Below, piece by piece: positions 38,526 through 48,646 of a stretch of 56,832 nucleotides of DNA (position 1 is the stretch's first letter; the number at the start of each line of letters is the position of its first letter). Below the pieces are notes generated by a model. The model had not been told where the DNA came from. It worked only from the letters and a program-made list of their open reading frames with translations, and made no database searches. The position numbers were made by a program, and so were the translations under genes. Source of the stretch: a virus (lineage: Duplodnaviria > Caudoviricetes). The stretch lies in the IMG/VR virus record IMGVR_UViG_3300001533_002366, positions 1 through 56,832 of that record, one strand, 5' to 3'.

Positions 38526-38777
38526 ATGAAAACACCACGTGAAAAATACCAACTAGATAGTGATTATAGAGCTTTTGTAGATACATTAGTAGAGTATATA
38601 ACTAAATGTAAATATACACCATCTGAAGTGAGAGAAGCTGCAATACTTGCTTGTATTATATATGAAAAAAATAGAATACGTACTCCTCTAATAAAAGATA
38701 CTTCTAGAGTACATATAATGTTAAATAATTTACATGAATGGTTAGACGAAATAACATATGAATATAGAGGAGATTAA
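38526..38777 (+). CDS. Hypothetical protein
   Basis: ORF with RBS; TPSE.REAA motif. Confidence 0.6.
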   Translation: MKTPREKYQLDSDYRAFVDTLVEYITKCKYTPSEVREAAILACIIYEKNRIRTPLIKDTSRVHIMLNNLHEWLDEITYEYRGD

Positions 38778-38782
38778 TTTTA

Positions 38783-39520
38783 ATGGAAGATTACAGAAAA
38801 CCATACGATCCATTTAATTTTATGGCAGACGGAAATTATAATTTACATAATCATACAAGAATTACTAAGGAATTATATGATCATTATTTTCCTTACGGGA
38901 AAAAATGTGAAAGTTGCAACCTTCTCACTGAAACAATAATTCCAGAATGTTATGAAACTTGTAACATGTGGAATCATTGGGAAGATGGAAAACATTTAAA
39001 TCCGAGAATTGAAACACGACAATTACAAAAAGATGAAAAATCTATTTATATGTCTCGACCAACATTTCTATTTAATTACTATAACAATATTCCATTTATT
39101 TTTAGATGTACTTCAATGAATGGACTTATCATTCATCATAAAAACTTAAACAAGTGGGATGATTCACCAGAAAATATTGTAATAATGACAAGTAGAGAAC
39201 ATTCTTCCCTACATAAAAGATATAACATAATAAGGGAAAGAATAAACAAAATTCTTAAAGAATGTAAGAATAATCCCAGTAGACTAAAAGATGAAGAACT
39301 AAAAATATTAAATTACTATATTGATTTATTAAGACTAATATCAAAAGTAAATCATAGTTTTAGAGTAAATGAAATTATATATGAAGTTACTCTTGCTATA
39401 ACAATAAATCAAATATATATTCCACCCTTAAAATGGGCAGTGAATACAGGTCATACAAAACGTACAAAAGATATATTGAATGAAAAATTTTACAATAAAA
39501 AGGAAACAAGGATCGATTAG
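38783..39520 (+). CDS. Cys-rich HNH endonuclease paralog 5
   Basis: RKPYDPF, Cys cluster, HHKNLNKWDDSPENI...EH...H, IYIPP.KW. Confidence 0.7.
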   Translation: MEDYRKPYDPFNFMADGNYNLHNHTRITKELYDHYFPYGKKCESCNLLTETIIPECYETCNMWNHWEDGKHLNPRIETRQLQKDEKSIYMSRPTFLFNYYNNIPFIFRCTSMNGLIIHHKNLNKWDDSPENIVIMTSREHSSLHKRYNIIRERINKILKECKNNPSRLKDEELKILNYYIDLLRLISKVNHSFRVNEIIYEVTLAITINQIYIPPLKWAVNTGHTKRTKDILNEKFYNKKETRID

Positions 39521-39565
39521 GGAGAACAAATAATAAATAATATAACAACTAAGAAAGGAGAATTT

Positions 39566-39874
39566 ATGAAAACATCATATAACGGGCAATTGGGAAAAGG
39601 TGTAGTTTGGGCATTACAACAATATAATGATTTAACAATCACTGATATATCAAAACTTATTGGTTGGAGATATATGTCAGTAAAAGCGGAGCTTAGAAGA
39701 CTAACTCATAACACTTTATTAGGACATTACATTACAAAAGAAAAACGAGAACATAGGACAATATTCAATATGGATAATGAACTTCGATCTTCTTCAGTTG
39801 AATTTCTAACTGATATTGCAAAAAGGACTTTTCAATTTAACACTCCAATCGTTAAAAGACATGATATCCTCTAG
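39566..39874 (+). CDS. Possible winged-HTH DNA-binding protein
   Basis: LTITDISKLIG....SVKAELRRL pattern. Confidence 0.5.
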   Translation: MKTSYNGQLGKGVVWALQQYNDLTITDISKLIGWRYMSVKAELRRLTHNTLLGHYITKEKREHRTIFNMDNELRSSSVEFLTDIAKRTFQFNTPIVKRHDIL

Positions 39875-40823
39875 ATTAATATTTGTGCCAGCTCTACCTG
39901 TTTATATGAGATATCAACAATGGTATTACTATCTATTTAGAAAAGAATTAAAAAAATATTTTGAAGAAGTAGTTGTTCTTGGTAACTCTGATTCCTATTC
40001 ACTTACTTCTGATTCTGACCAAGGATCATTCTCAAAAATAGATAATGCCATTCAATTCGAATGTAAACAGGTAGAAGAATTTCGTAAAATGGAATTAAAA
40101 GAAGATGATACTTTATTATTGGGTGATCTAAGCTTTCCTGGTATATTCTCAAACATATTATTTCACAAACCAATAAAGAATATGTATGCTATATGTCATG
40201 CTACATCTATTAATAAATATGATATATTTCAACAACAACGAAAATCAAAATGGCAAGTAGAAACTGGTCACTCTAAACTATTTAAAAAAATATTTATTGG
40301 GAGTGAATACCATCAGAAAAAGCTTGGATGGAAAAATACTGTTGTTACATATCTTCCATTTCCACCATCATTCCTTTATTCAAGTATCAAAAAGAATGTT
40401 CAAAAAAATAAACAGATTATTAGTGTTACTAGACCAGGTATACAAAAAACAACTTCTAAACTTGAAAAAGAGGTAAAGAAAAAATTCGGTGCAATATATC
40501 GTAATAATTTTACAACATGGAGTGATTACTATCAATATATTTCTGAATCTAAAATATTATTATCTACGGCAAAAGAAGAAACATTTGGTTATCAAATAGT
40601 AGATGCTATTCTTGGAGGAGCAATACCAATTGTACCAAATTCATTTTCTTATCCAGAATTACTACCAAAAGAATATATGTATAATAATAAAGAAGAGCTA
40701 ATTGAAATTATTCAAAATGCACTGAATGGAAATTTAAAAGTACCAACTTTATTATGCAGAGAACAAATGACAAAGTTTTTTGAAAATATATCAACTATTA
40801 TGATACAAGGATTAATAGAATAA
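39861..40823 (+). CDS. Glycosyltransferase (GT-B)
   Basis: EETFGY..VDA...G..P.VPN..SYPEL. Confidence 0.75.
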   Translation: MISSRLIFVPALPVYMRYQQWYYYLFRKELKKYFEEVVVLGNSDSYSLTSDSDQGSFSKIDNAIQFECKQVEEFRKMELKEDDTLLLGDLSFPGIFSNILFHKPIKNMYAICHATSINKYDIFQQQRKSKWQVETGHSKLFKKIFIGSEYHQKKLGWKNTVVTYLPFPPSFLYSSIKKNVQKNKQIISVTRPGIQKTTSKLEKEVKKKFGAIYRNNFTTWSDYYQYISESKILLSTAKEETFGYQIVDAILGGAIPIVPNSFSYPELLPKEYMYNNKEELIEIIQNALNGNLKVPTLLCREQMTKFFENISTIMIQGLIE

Positions 40824-41371
40824 TGCCGTATAAAACATTTCAAAACTGGTTATTTGATGGAGATAGAAAATCAAAAATACCTCCTCCGAAATTTGACAAA
40901 GATGGAAAAATAATTGTACCAGATATATTAAAATATAATTCACCAATAACACCTGAATACATTTTGACAATGTTTTTAAAAACACCTACAATAAATAGAT
41001 TCTTAAATATCTACTTCAATAATATTGGAGTAAGATATATCAGTAAAGAAGAACTATTTAAATTCATAAAGAAGTGTGTATTTGATTTCAAATTAAGAAG
41101 AGAAAACGTTGTTTACATTCCATATTACAGAGAAAAAGACCAATTATTTAAAGTACTTAGAGACAAGATTAAAACTTTAAAAAATCATGATATTAAATTA
41201 TTATGTAATCTAATTAATGAATCAGATAATAAAGACGAAATATACAAAACATTGGGGGTAACAAAAGTTAAAAAACAAAAAATTAAAATACAAAAAAATA
41301 AAAAGATTGAGGAAAAAATATCAGTTGATGAACTACTAAATAGATTTTTTAAAATTGAAAAGACAGGGTAA
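40823..41371 (+). CDS. Hypothetical protein
   Basis: TAATG-coupled ORF. Confidence 0.6.
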   Translation: MPYKTFQNWLFDGDRKSKIPPPKFDKDGKIIVPDILKYNSPITPEYILTMFLKTPTINRFLNIYFNNIGVRYISKEELFKFIKKCVFDFKLRRENVVYIPYYREKDQLFKVLRDKIKTLKNHDIKLLCNLINESDNKDEIYKTLGVTKVKKQKIKIQKNKKIEEKISVDELLNRFFKIEKTG

Positions 41372-41392
41372 ATTAATACCCTGTCTTTTTTT

Positions 41393-41929
41393 CTATACTA
41401 ACTTTATATTATTGGGGGTCAAGACTTTACTTTCAAATTGCCTTTTTTTAAGTCCAGTTCCACCACATGATGTACATGTAGTTATTTTATGGACTTGAAC
41501 TTTTCTGCGTACCATAACATTTCCGGCCCCCCCACAATAAGTACAAGGAGTTTTAAGATGAATTCCAGTTCCACCACATGATGTACATGTTTTACCATTT
41601 TTTAATCCATTATCACATTTATTACATTTTATAGTAAACGTGCCACTTCCACCACATGCACGACAAGGAATTTGTTTTGTTGCTTGAATATAGGAGACTT
41701 TAACTCCTAGTCCATTACAACTACGACATGCACTAACAGGTGAAACAAATCGAGTTGGATCAAACATTAAATGCTTATTAATATATTCTTTCACTTGTTG
41801 ATTCTTTGCTTCAAGGGCATTTTTATCTTTTGGATCTGGGTTTAATAAAACATAACCCAATATAATATCTCTCATACTAGCATTCTTTTTTATTTTAAGT
41901 ATCTTCCTCGCTTCATCTGATTTCATCAT
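41393..41929 (-). CDS. DnaJ-like protein: degenerate J domain plus CxxCxGxG zinc-finger repeats
   Basis: A.KIL.I...AS..DI, NPD in place of HPD; six CxxC units, most of them CxxCxGxG. Confidence 0.7.
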   Translation of the reverse strand: MMKSDEARKILKIKKNASMRDIILGYVLLNPDPKDKNALEAKNQQVKEYINKHLMFDPTRFVSPVSACRSCNGLGVKVSYIQATKQIPCRACGGSGTFTIKCNKCDNGLKNGKTCTSCGGTGIHLKTPCTYCGGAGNVMVRRKVQVHKITTCTSCGGTGLKKRQFESKVLTPNNIKLV

Positions 41930-41979
41930 AACCCTCCATTTTTAAATTTTTTATTTTTATACTAAAAGGAAAATTTTTT

Positions 41980-42465
41980 ATGATATACTTCACTTCTGAT
42001 CAACATTTTGATCATATTAATGTAATTAAATATTGTGATAGACCATTCAAAGATATAAAGACAATGAACAACACAATAATTAAAAACTATAATAATATTA
42101 TATCAAATGAAGATATCGTTTATATGCTTGGAGATTTCAGTTTATATGGTCCAACACACAAATTGGCAGTCGAAGTATTTGTCCAAAAATTACGTGGACA
42201 AAAACATCTAATCTTAGGAAACCATGATAGACTGTCTCCATCACAATATCTTGAAATAGGATTCTTATCTGTTCATACAACACTAATTTTAGATGACTTT
42301 ATATTGGTACATGATCCCGCATTATCTATCTTAGATAAATCTAAAATATGCTTATGCGGACATATACACAATTTATTTAAACGCATTAACAATGTTATCA
42401 ACGTTGGGGTGGATGTATGGGATTTCAATCCTGTTTCGATAGAAGAAATCAATGATCTACTATAA
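41980..42465 (+). CDS. Calcineurin-like metallophosphoesterase
   Basis: SDQHF.H, LGD, GNHD, GHIH, NVGVD. Confidence 0.85.
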   Translation: MIYFTSDQHFDHINVIKYCDRPFKDIKTMNNTIIKNYNNIISNEDIVYMLGDFSLYGPTHKLAVEVFVQKLRGQKHLILGNHDRLSPSQYLEIGFLSVHTTLILDDFILVHDPALSILDKSKICLCGHIHNLFKRINNVINVGVDVWDFNPVSIEEINDLL

Positions 42466-42595
42466 TTTTCTTTTTTTCTTCCTTTAATTTCTCCATTTCT
42501 GCTTTAAGACAAGTCTCACATAAACTTTGTGAAACACCCCTCCCCTCCTTCTTTCCAATCACCTTCTTACAAACACTACAAATAACAATCATCAT
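42449..42595 (-). CDS. Small Zn-finger protein (48 aa)
   Basis: Hand-translated MMIVICSVCKKVIGKKEGRGVSQSLCETCLK...; GGAGGTG RBS. Confidence 0.6.
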   Translation of the reverse strand: MMIVICSVCKKVIGKKEGRGVSQSLCETCLKAEMEKLKEEKKKIIVDH

Positions 42596-42671
42596 ATTCA
42601 CCTCCAAATTAAAAGATTAAAAATGAAGTTAGAGACTACAATAGAATTCAATCCATTGTAGTCTCTAACCA

Positions 42672-43097
42672 TTATATATCATCAATAGAGATTGATTTGC
42701 GCCAGTCTCTATTGACAACCATGTATGTGAAGCCACGTCCTCCCCCATTGGAAGAAGCCCTCCTGAAGTACAGAGCTCCTTCCTCTTCGGATAGGTCTCC
42801 TCTGTCTCTTCGTTCACCCCACCTCTCCCTCAAAAGGTGGTGTTTTGCCCCTTCCATCGTTGGGTGAAAACATGAGGTCCCCTTTTTGGAGACCCAAAAA
42901 TTTCCAGGAAGAACATCGATTACCCGTCCGTCAATGTTGTAATAGTTCATATGGATTTCTTTCCATGAAAGGAAGTCAATACTCTCATTCATTTCAGTAT
43001 CTATTGGAATCTCGTCCAACACAAACGTCAGATTTGGACGATATTTCCCATAGTCCAAATATAGCCACTGACCATTGTCTAATTTTGTAAAACTCAT
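42672..43097 (-). CDS. Hypothetical protein in a motif-B cassette (GC-richer)
   Basis: AAGGAGG RBS, motif B at 43130-43152, hairpin at 42628-42669. Confidence 0.7.
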   Translation of the reverse strand: MSFTKLDNGQWLYLDYGKYRPNLTFVLDEIPIDTEMNESIDFLSWKEIHMNYYNIDGRVIDVLPGNFWVSKKGTSCFHPTMEGAKHHLLRERWGERRDRGDLSEEEGALYFRRASSNGGGRGFTYMVVNRDWRKSISIDDI

Positions 43098-43201
43098 TTT
43101 TCCCTCCTTAAAAATTAAAGTTAATTACCATTCCAATAATTTATATATATAGAATAGGGATCAATCATAACATAAAGAGAACAAATTTAAAAGGAGTACA
43201 T

Positions 43202-43393
43202 ATGCCATTATATGAATATGAATGTTCTAAATGTAAAAATAAAATAGAATTGTTAGAAAAGTATTCAGAAAATACAACAAAGATTTGTAGTATATGTGGT
43301 GGATTAATGAAACGTATTATGTCAAAAAATACTTTTCATTTAAAAGGAAATGGTTGGTATATTACCGACTATAAGAATAAGGAACAAAAATGA
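43202..43393 (+). CDS. FmdB-family zinc-ribbon protein
   Basis: MPLYEYEC..C...C..CG....R..S...F..KG.GWY.TDY. Confidence 0.85.
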   Translation: MPLYEYECSKCKNKIELLEKYSENTTKICSICGGLMKRIMSKNTFHLKGNGWYITDYKNKEQK

Positions 43394-45153
43394 AAATCAA
43401 ATGTGTGATATGTAATAAAGAATTTACAGAAAAAGGAATAGGAAGACATATTCTAAATAGTCACAAGATAACTGTTAAAGAATACTATGATAAATATCTA
43501 AAGAAGAAGGAAGAGGGAATATGTAAAAATCCCTCTTGTAATAATAAGACTAGATTTATTAGTATTACAAGAGGTTATTATAAATATTGTTCTAATAAGT
43601 GTGCAACAAATGATGAGATTTTAAAACAGAAAAGAAAGAAAACATTATTAGAAAAGTACGGAGTAGAAAATATATCACAATCTTCAATAATTCAAGAAAG
43701 GATTCGACAAACAAATTTAGAAAGATATGGGGTTGAATACTCATCTCAAAATCCAGAAATCAAGAAGAGAATGAATGATACACATAATAAAACAATACAA
43801 GAAAGGGGGAATGAAATTAACGAAAAAAGAAAACAAAACAATTTACAAAAATGGGGAGTTGAGTGGACGACTCAATTTAAAGAAGTAAAAGAAAAGATAA
43901 AACAAACTAATTTAGAAAGATATGGAGTAGAACACAATTCTCAAAATCCACAAATTCAAGAGAAAAGAAAAAAGTCACATAATAAAACAATTCAAGAAAG
44001 AGGTAACGAAATTAACGAAAAAAGAAAACAAACAAACTTGGAAAAATATGGAGTAGAATACCCAACACAATTCAAAGCCTTTATTGAAAGAAGTAGAGAA
44101 ACAACTATTAAATCGTTTAGGAAAAAAGTGGTAGAATGTTTAAAAGAGCAACACATATCACTTTTAGATAAAAATGAATTAGTATATACAAATGATTTAA
44201 TTCATTTAAAATGTGATATATGTGGAAGAGAATATATTAATAGGTGGTATAACATACAAATGGGATGGGGTAGATGTCCAAAATGCTTTCCTAGAAATGC
44301 TCCAAGTAACGGTGAAAAAGAAATAACAGAATTTATTGAATCATTTGGATTAGAAACAAAAAGTGGAGACTTTGATTTAATTAGACCTTTACAACTTGAC
44401 ATTGTAATTAAAGAGAAAAAAGTTGCAATAGAATATAACGGATTATACTGGCATAGTTTTAAAAATGAAAATTATCATTTAGATAAAACGATAAAATGTC
44501 AAGAAAAAGGATATCAACTAATTCAAATATTTGAAGATGAATGGATGTTTAAAAAAGATATTGTAAAGTCAATTTTAAAAAATATTCTAAATATAAACAA
44601 TTCAAAAAGAGTCTCTGGAAGACAATGTTATATTAAGGAAATTTCTCCAAAAGATAAAAATGAGTTCCTAAATAAATTCCATCTACAGGGAGAAGATAAA
44701 TCAATTATTAAACTTGGAGCATTTTTCAATGATGAATTAGTTTCTGTAATGACATTTTCTCATGGGAGTATTTCAAGAGGAAAATTAAAATCAGATCTAG
44801 AATGGGAATTAAGCAGATATTGCTCAAATTACAATTATATTACTCCTGGTGTTGCAAGTAAACTACTAGAACATTTTAAAAGAAATTATAAGTGGAATAA
44901 AATCTATACTTATGCAGATCTAAGATGGACAGTTGGTAATTTATATAGAACACTTGGATTTAAATTTGTACATCAAACAAAACCCGACTATTGGTATTTA
45001 GATCAAACAATGATTAAACGAATACATAGATTTGCTCTAAGAAAAAAACCTGATGAGCCAAAAGATAAAACGGAGTGGGAATTAAGATTAAATGAAGGAT
45101 ATAAAAAAATATTTGACTGTGGGAAGATAAAATATGTTCTAGAAAAAGAGTGA
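43390..45153 (+). CDS. Hef-like homing endonuclease (paralog of 2872..5418)
   Basis: C2H2/CxxC fingers, TNLERYGVE repeats, LDI...AIEYNGLYWHS, IFEDEW, ELSRYC, YADLRW, FDCG. Confidence 0.75.
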   Translation: MKIKCVICNKEFTEKGIGRHILNSHKITVKEYYDKYLKKKEEGICKNPSCNNKTRFISITRGYYKYCSNKCATNDEILKQKRKKTLLEKYGVENISQSSIIQERIRQTNLERYGVEYSSQNPEIKKRMNDTHNKTIQERGNEINEKRKQNNLQKWGVEWTTQFKEVKEKIKQTNLERYGVEHNSQNPQIQEKRKKSHNKTIQERGNEINEKRKQTNLEKYGVEYPTQFKAFIERSRETTIKSFRKKVVECLKEQHISLLDKNELVYTNDLIHLKCDICGREYINRWYNIQMGWGRCPKCFPRNAPSNGEKEITEFIESFGLETKSGDFDLIRPLQLDIVIKEKKVAIEYNGLYWHSFKNENYHLDKTIKCQEKGYQLIQIFEDEWMFKKDIVKSILKNILNINNSKRVSGRQCYIKEISPKDKNEFLNKFHLQGEDKSIIKLGAFFNDELVSVMTFSHGSISRGKLKSDLEWELSRYCSNYNYITPGVASKLLEHFKRNYKWNKIYTYADLRWTVGNLYRTLGFKFVHQTKPDYWYLDQTMIKRIHRFALRKKPDEPKDKTEWELRLNEGYKKIFDCGKIKYVLEKE

Positions 45154-45178
45154 TAAACAAATCACTCTTTTTCTAGAA
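45137..45178. terminator. Bidirectional terminator hairpin
   Basis: TTCTAGAAAAAGAGTGAT...ATCACTCTTTTTCTAGAA. Confidence 0.65.
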
Positions 45179-45189
45179 GTTAAAAGTTA

Positions 45190-47148
45190 TTACTTAATAA
45201 AGAAGTTTAACATAATATGCTCAACAACTCTTGTAGGTTCTAATTCAACATTTACATGAAACGTCTTTGATTTGAGTTCATAATCAGTTGCCCCAACACT
45301 TACATTATAACTATATAAACCTCTCCTAGATCTAAGATCTTCCAAGAATTCAGTAATATCTCCACCAACCTGTCCCCAAGTAATAGCGTCGTTCAGTTCG
45401 AAAATAAAGAATTGACAATATTGCTCTATCGCCCTCTTTATATAAAGTACAAGACGAACAATATTCAAATCTTGAAGTGCACTAGCTTTTGCTTGAGAAG
45501 TCAACTGGCCCCATACAACATAACCAGCATTAAACTGAACAATTGGATTTAATTGTTTCAAATACATTTGATCCCTTTGTCCAGATCTTGGATTAAACCT
45601 CAGTTCTTTAATTGTATCTATTGCAGCTCGATTAAATCCAGCAGCCGCATACCAAATTTCGGCGACTCTATCATTTCTCGGAAGCAAGTAAGACATATGA
45701 TATATGGGTGAGAACCAAACATCCCTTCCAGAAAATATATCATACACCCTATTATAAGATTCATATAATGCAACAAGATAATTATTATATGTTTGAGTAT
45801 CTTGTCTTTCATCCATTGCAGTATCAAAACTAGCATTATCTCCATTATCAAGAATAGCTACACAATCACTTCTTGTAGTAACAAGAGTGACTATACTATC
45901 TTTAACACTTTCATTATATCCACAATCAAATACCATATTAAAATACATTCTTTCAGGATCAAGTATTTCAGGATCTAATGTTCCAGCATAACCATTTGAA
46001 AGAGCACTATCACCTTCCGCACTAACGATGTCACCAGTAGCATCAAGAAGAGCTCCATCAGAACCTCTTTTTAATGGTGCAGGTTCAATTGAAGTAAATG
46101 CATCTGCCACACTTCCATAAGACTTCTTAATTATATATGTAATTTCAGATGTAGGATCAAAACTAGTAGGACTTCCATTCCAAGATTGAGTTGCACCAGC
46201 AAAACTTCTTTCATTCCATACATTTATTGTTTCATTATTTGCATCAGTTGAAGCTCCTAACCAACCCCACACCTCAACTCCCTTTCCATCTTTTGCTATA
46301 ATAACATAATTAGCATCACCATCTTCTGGATCCGTTTCCCATGCACTAAAGTCTTGTTTATTATCCGTAATAGTAGCTGCACCATCTGTCATTACAGCGG
46401 AAAGAGTACCCATTTCTTTATCATATACTCGAGCCCAATTTTCATAACCAGAAGAATAAGCACCACTAGATAATGTCATTTCAGCTCTTAATACTGAAGA
46501 ATAAAGTTGTAAAATATCTGTTATAAATATTGAATCACCAGCAGAATCAATAGCACTCGGATTAAACGATACTTCAAAAGATTCAATAATAACATCATCT
46601 CCATCTGATTGTTTCTCATAAACATCCATTACATATGTATCAAATAATAAGGAATTAGAATGTTCGGTAAATCTTATTCCAAGACCATTATAATATTCTC
46701 CCCTACCTATTGGATATATCATACATAGTGGCCAAAGAGAAACAAGACTCTCCAAAGATGTTTTAATTCCTGCCGTAGTATTTAATCCAGTAACATGTGA
46801 AAAGGATATACCAGCAGTCGTATCTCCATCTCCAAAACTAACATCTAATCTCATATTAGCATAAGCAGCATCATCAGGAAGACATCTCATAAAGTATAGA
46901 GAAGAAGACTCCCCAAGAAAGTTATATGCACAATATAACCCCTGTGAAAAATGCTTTCCATAATCTGTAATATTTGGTTCTCCATATTGACTTGTTAATT
47001 CTGATCTAGAACCAATAAAATTTATCTTATTATCTTCTCCTTTTGGAGTGAGTGCACATATCATTCCAACACTTCCAGGTACAGCTTGAACATATGTACT
47101 TAAATCAACTATTTTAGTATATACACCAGGTGATATAGGATTTGCCAT
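45190..47148 (-). CDS. Contractile tail sheath protein
   Basis: ISPGVY....D.S, W.A.AG..R, NPI, VWGQ.T, LN..RL..YI, FE.ND..T. Confidence 0.9.
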   Translation of the reverse strand: MANPISPGVYTKIVDLSTYVQAVPGSVGMICALTPKGEDNKINFIGSRSELTSQYGEPNITDYGKHFSQGLYCAYNFLGESSSLYFMRCLPDDAAYANMRLDVSFGDGDTTAGISFSHVTGLNTTAGIKTSLESLVSLWPLCMIYPIGRGEYYNGLGIRFTEHSNSLLFDTYVMDVYEKQSDGDDVIIESFEVSFNPSAIDSAGDSIFITDILQLYSSVLRAEMTLSSGAYSSGYENWARVYDKEMGTLSAVMTDGAATITDNKQDFSAWETDPEDGDANYVIIAKDGKGVEVWGWLGASTDANNETINVWNERSFAGATQSWNGSPTSFDPTSEITYIIKKSYGSVADAFTSIEPAPLKRGSDGALLDATGDIVSAEGDSALSNGYAGTLDPEILDPERMYFNMVFDCGYNESVKDSIVTLVTTRSDCVAILDNGDNASFDTAMDERQDTQTYNNYLVALYESYNRVYDIFSGRDVWFSPIYHMSYLLPRNDRVAEIWYAAAGFNRAAIDTIKELRFNPRSGQRDQMYLKQLNPIVQFNAGYVVWGQLTSQAKASALQDLNIVRLVLYIKRAIEQYCQFFIFELNDAITWGQVGGDITEFLEDLRSRRGLYSYNVSVGATDYELKSKTFHVNVELEPTRVVEHIMLNFFIK

Positions 47149-47269
47149 TTAAAATTTTCCTCCATTATTTCTTTTCTATATTTTTATAAACTTTTATTAA
47201 GTCAAATCACCTTTCTTATTAATCTCTAATCTATTAATCTAAATTTTCTAAAATTCCTTTTGTAATTTC

Positions 47270-47944
47270 TTAAAAATAAAGATACCAAACAAAAACCAAT
47301 TGAATAGTAGCAGATTTTATTATAGTTGGAAAAGTAAGTTTTGAAAATAAGTGAAATGGTCCAACATAACCACCAGCATCACTAGCAGCAGTAAATAAGC
47401 CAACTTCATTCACTTCTTGGTCTACAGCATCAGCTACTCCAAAAGTAATTCCTATTTTAGCAATAAGCCAAGCATTATCATTATATCCATCTTGCTCATA
47501 CTCAAGAGTAAATGGAACTTTATGATAATAACCATCATGAAAATCTGCATAAGCTGCATTAGTTGGATTAATTGGAACATCATTCCCCAAAGAAACATCT
47601 TGATTAATTGGTGGATATGGATCAAAAGGATCTGCGGGATTTACACTCCCGTTACCAATACCAGCCCAACAAAGAAATTCTGATATCTCAGGTGATGTGG
47701 ATGCATTTTCTATATTAAAAATCTTCTCACAAATTAATTCTCGAGCTAAATATACAACTAGGTTATTATTTTTATAAATAACTTTATCTTCACCTTTTTC
47801 ATTAATTTCGTGTATCTCTACTTTTCCTTGAGGACGTCTCTTATGTATATTTTTTGAACGACCCCCCAAACTATCAGCAAGACATACATCTCCATAATAA
47901 TCCTTTGCTGAAACAATTATTGTTTTCTTTTTTTCTTCAAACAT
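47270..47944 (-). CDS. Probable virion structural (tail/baseplate) protein
   Basis: NLVV...R, G.G.G, E.GLF, F..I.K motifs common to myophage baseplate/tail proteins; directly upstream of the sheath gene. Confidence 0.55.
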   Translation of the reverse strand: MFEEKKKTIIVSAKDYYGDVCLADSLGGRSKNIHKRRPQGKVEIHEINEKGEDKVIYKNNNLVVYLARELICEKIFNIENASTSPEISEFLCWAGIGNGSVNPADPFDPYPPINQDVSLGNDVPINPTNAAYADFHDGYYHKVPFTLEYEQDGYNDNAWLIAKIGITFGVADAVDQEVNEVGLFTAASDAGGYVGPFHLFSKLTFPTIIKSATIQLVFVWYLYF

Positions 47945-48064
47945 AGATATTTATCCTTTTTAATAATATCCCCATTTTTATTTTGTTCTACTATTGTATC
48001 GAAGTTAGTAAATTGAACTATATATATAAATTATTGGAATATAAATCAACCTTAAAAGGAGGAA

Positions 48065-48523
48065 ATGATGGGACAAATAGAAATAGAAGATGCAAGTGGA
48101 AGAGTCGTTGAAATTGAAGAAGTCAACGACAAAATCTTCGTCTTCCTGAACAGCCAACATAAATTATTGGCTGAGCAGGAGGAAATCCTAAATGCCAGTT
48201 TTGGAACTGGCACTTGGGAAATCTTCGAAGTTCCAGCCGAAGGCTGGACTATTGAGGAAATAGAGAAAGTAGCAGAAAATAATTTCCAAAATGGGGAGAC
48301 GGCAGTATTTGCCTCACCCATTCCAGCACTGATCTCCCGCCTTGCCTTTTCGCGGGGGGCGTGGTCATGGTCAGAGACCATAAACCACCAACCCGACAGC
48401 GTCTTTTGCGGCGCTGTCTGGATATTCCACAACGACCGCCGGGTCTCAAAAGAGGTCCCCGACGGCAAGGGGGGAGTTAGGATAATCAAGACCGTTGCCC
48501 CGACTGGATGGCAACTGGTCTAA
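48065..48523 (+). CDS. Hypothetical protein in a motif-B cassette (GC-rich)
   Basis: Motif B at 48018, AAGGAGG RBS, hairpin at 48530-48569. Confidence 0.7.
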   Translation: MMGQIEIEDASGRVVEIEEVNDKIFVFLNSQHKLLAEQEEILNASFGTGTWEIFEVPAEGWTIEEIEKVAENNFQNGETAVFASPIPALISRLAFSRGAWSWSETINHQPDSVFCGAVWIFHNDRRVSKEVPDGKGGVRIIKTVAPTGWQLV

Positions 48524-48646
48524 CTAGAAGGTTCATTGTGATACAGAGAGATTTGTATCACAATGAACCCATAGAACAAAAAAAAGAAAGGAGGGAAAAA
48601 ACGGTAGGAGTATTTTTTTAATTAATCTTTAAGGAGGAAGGAAAGT

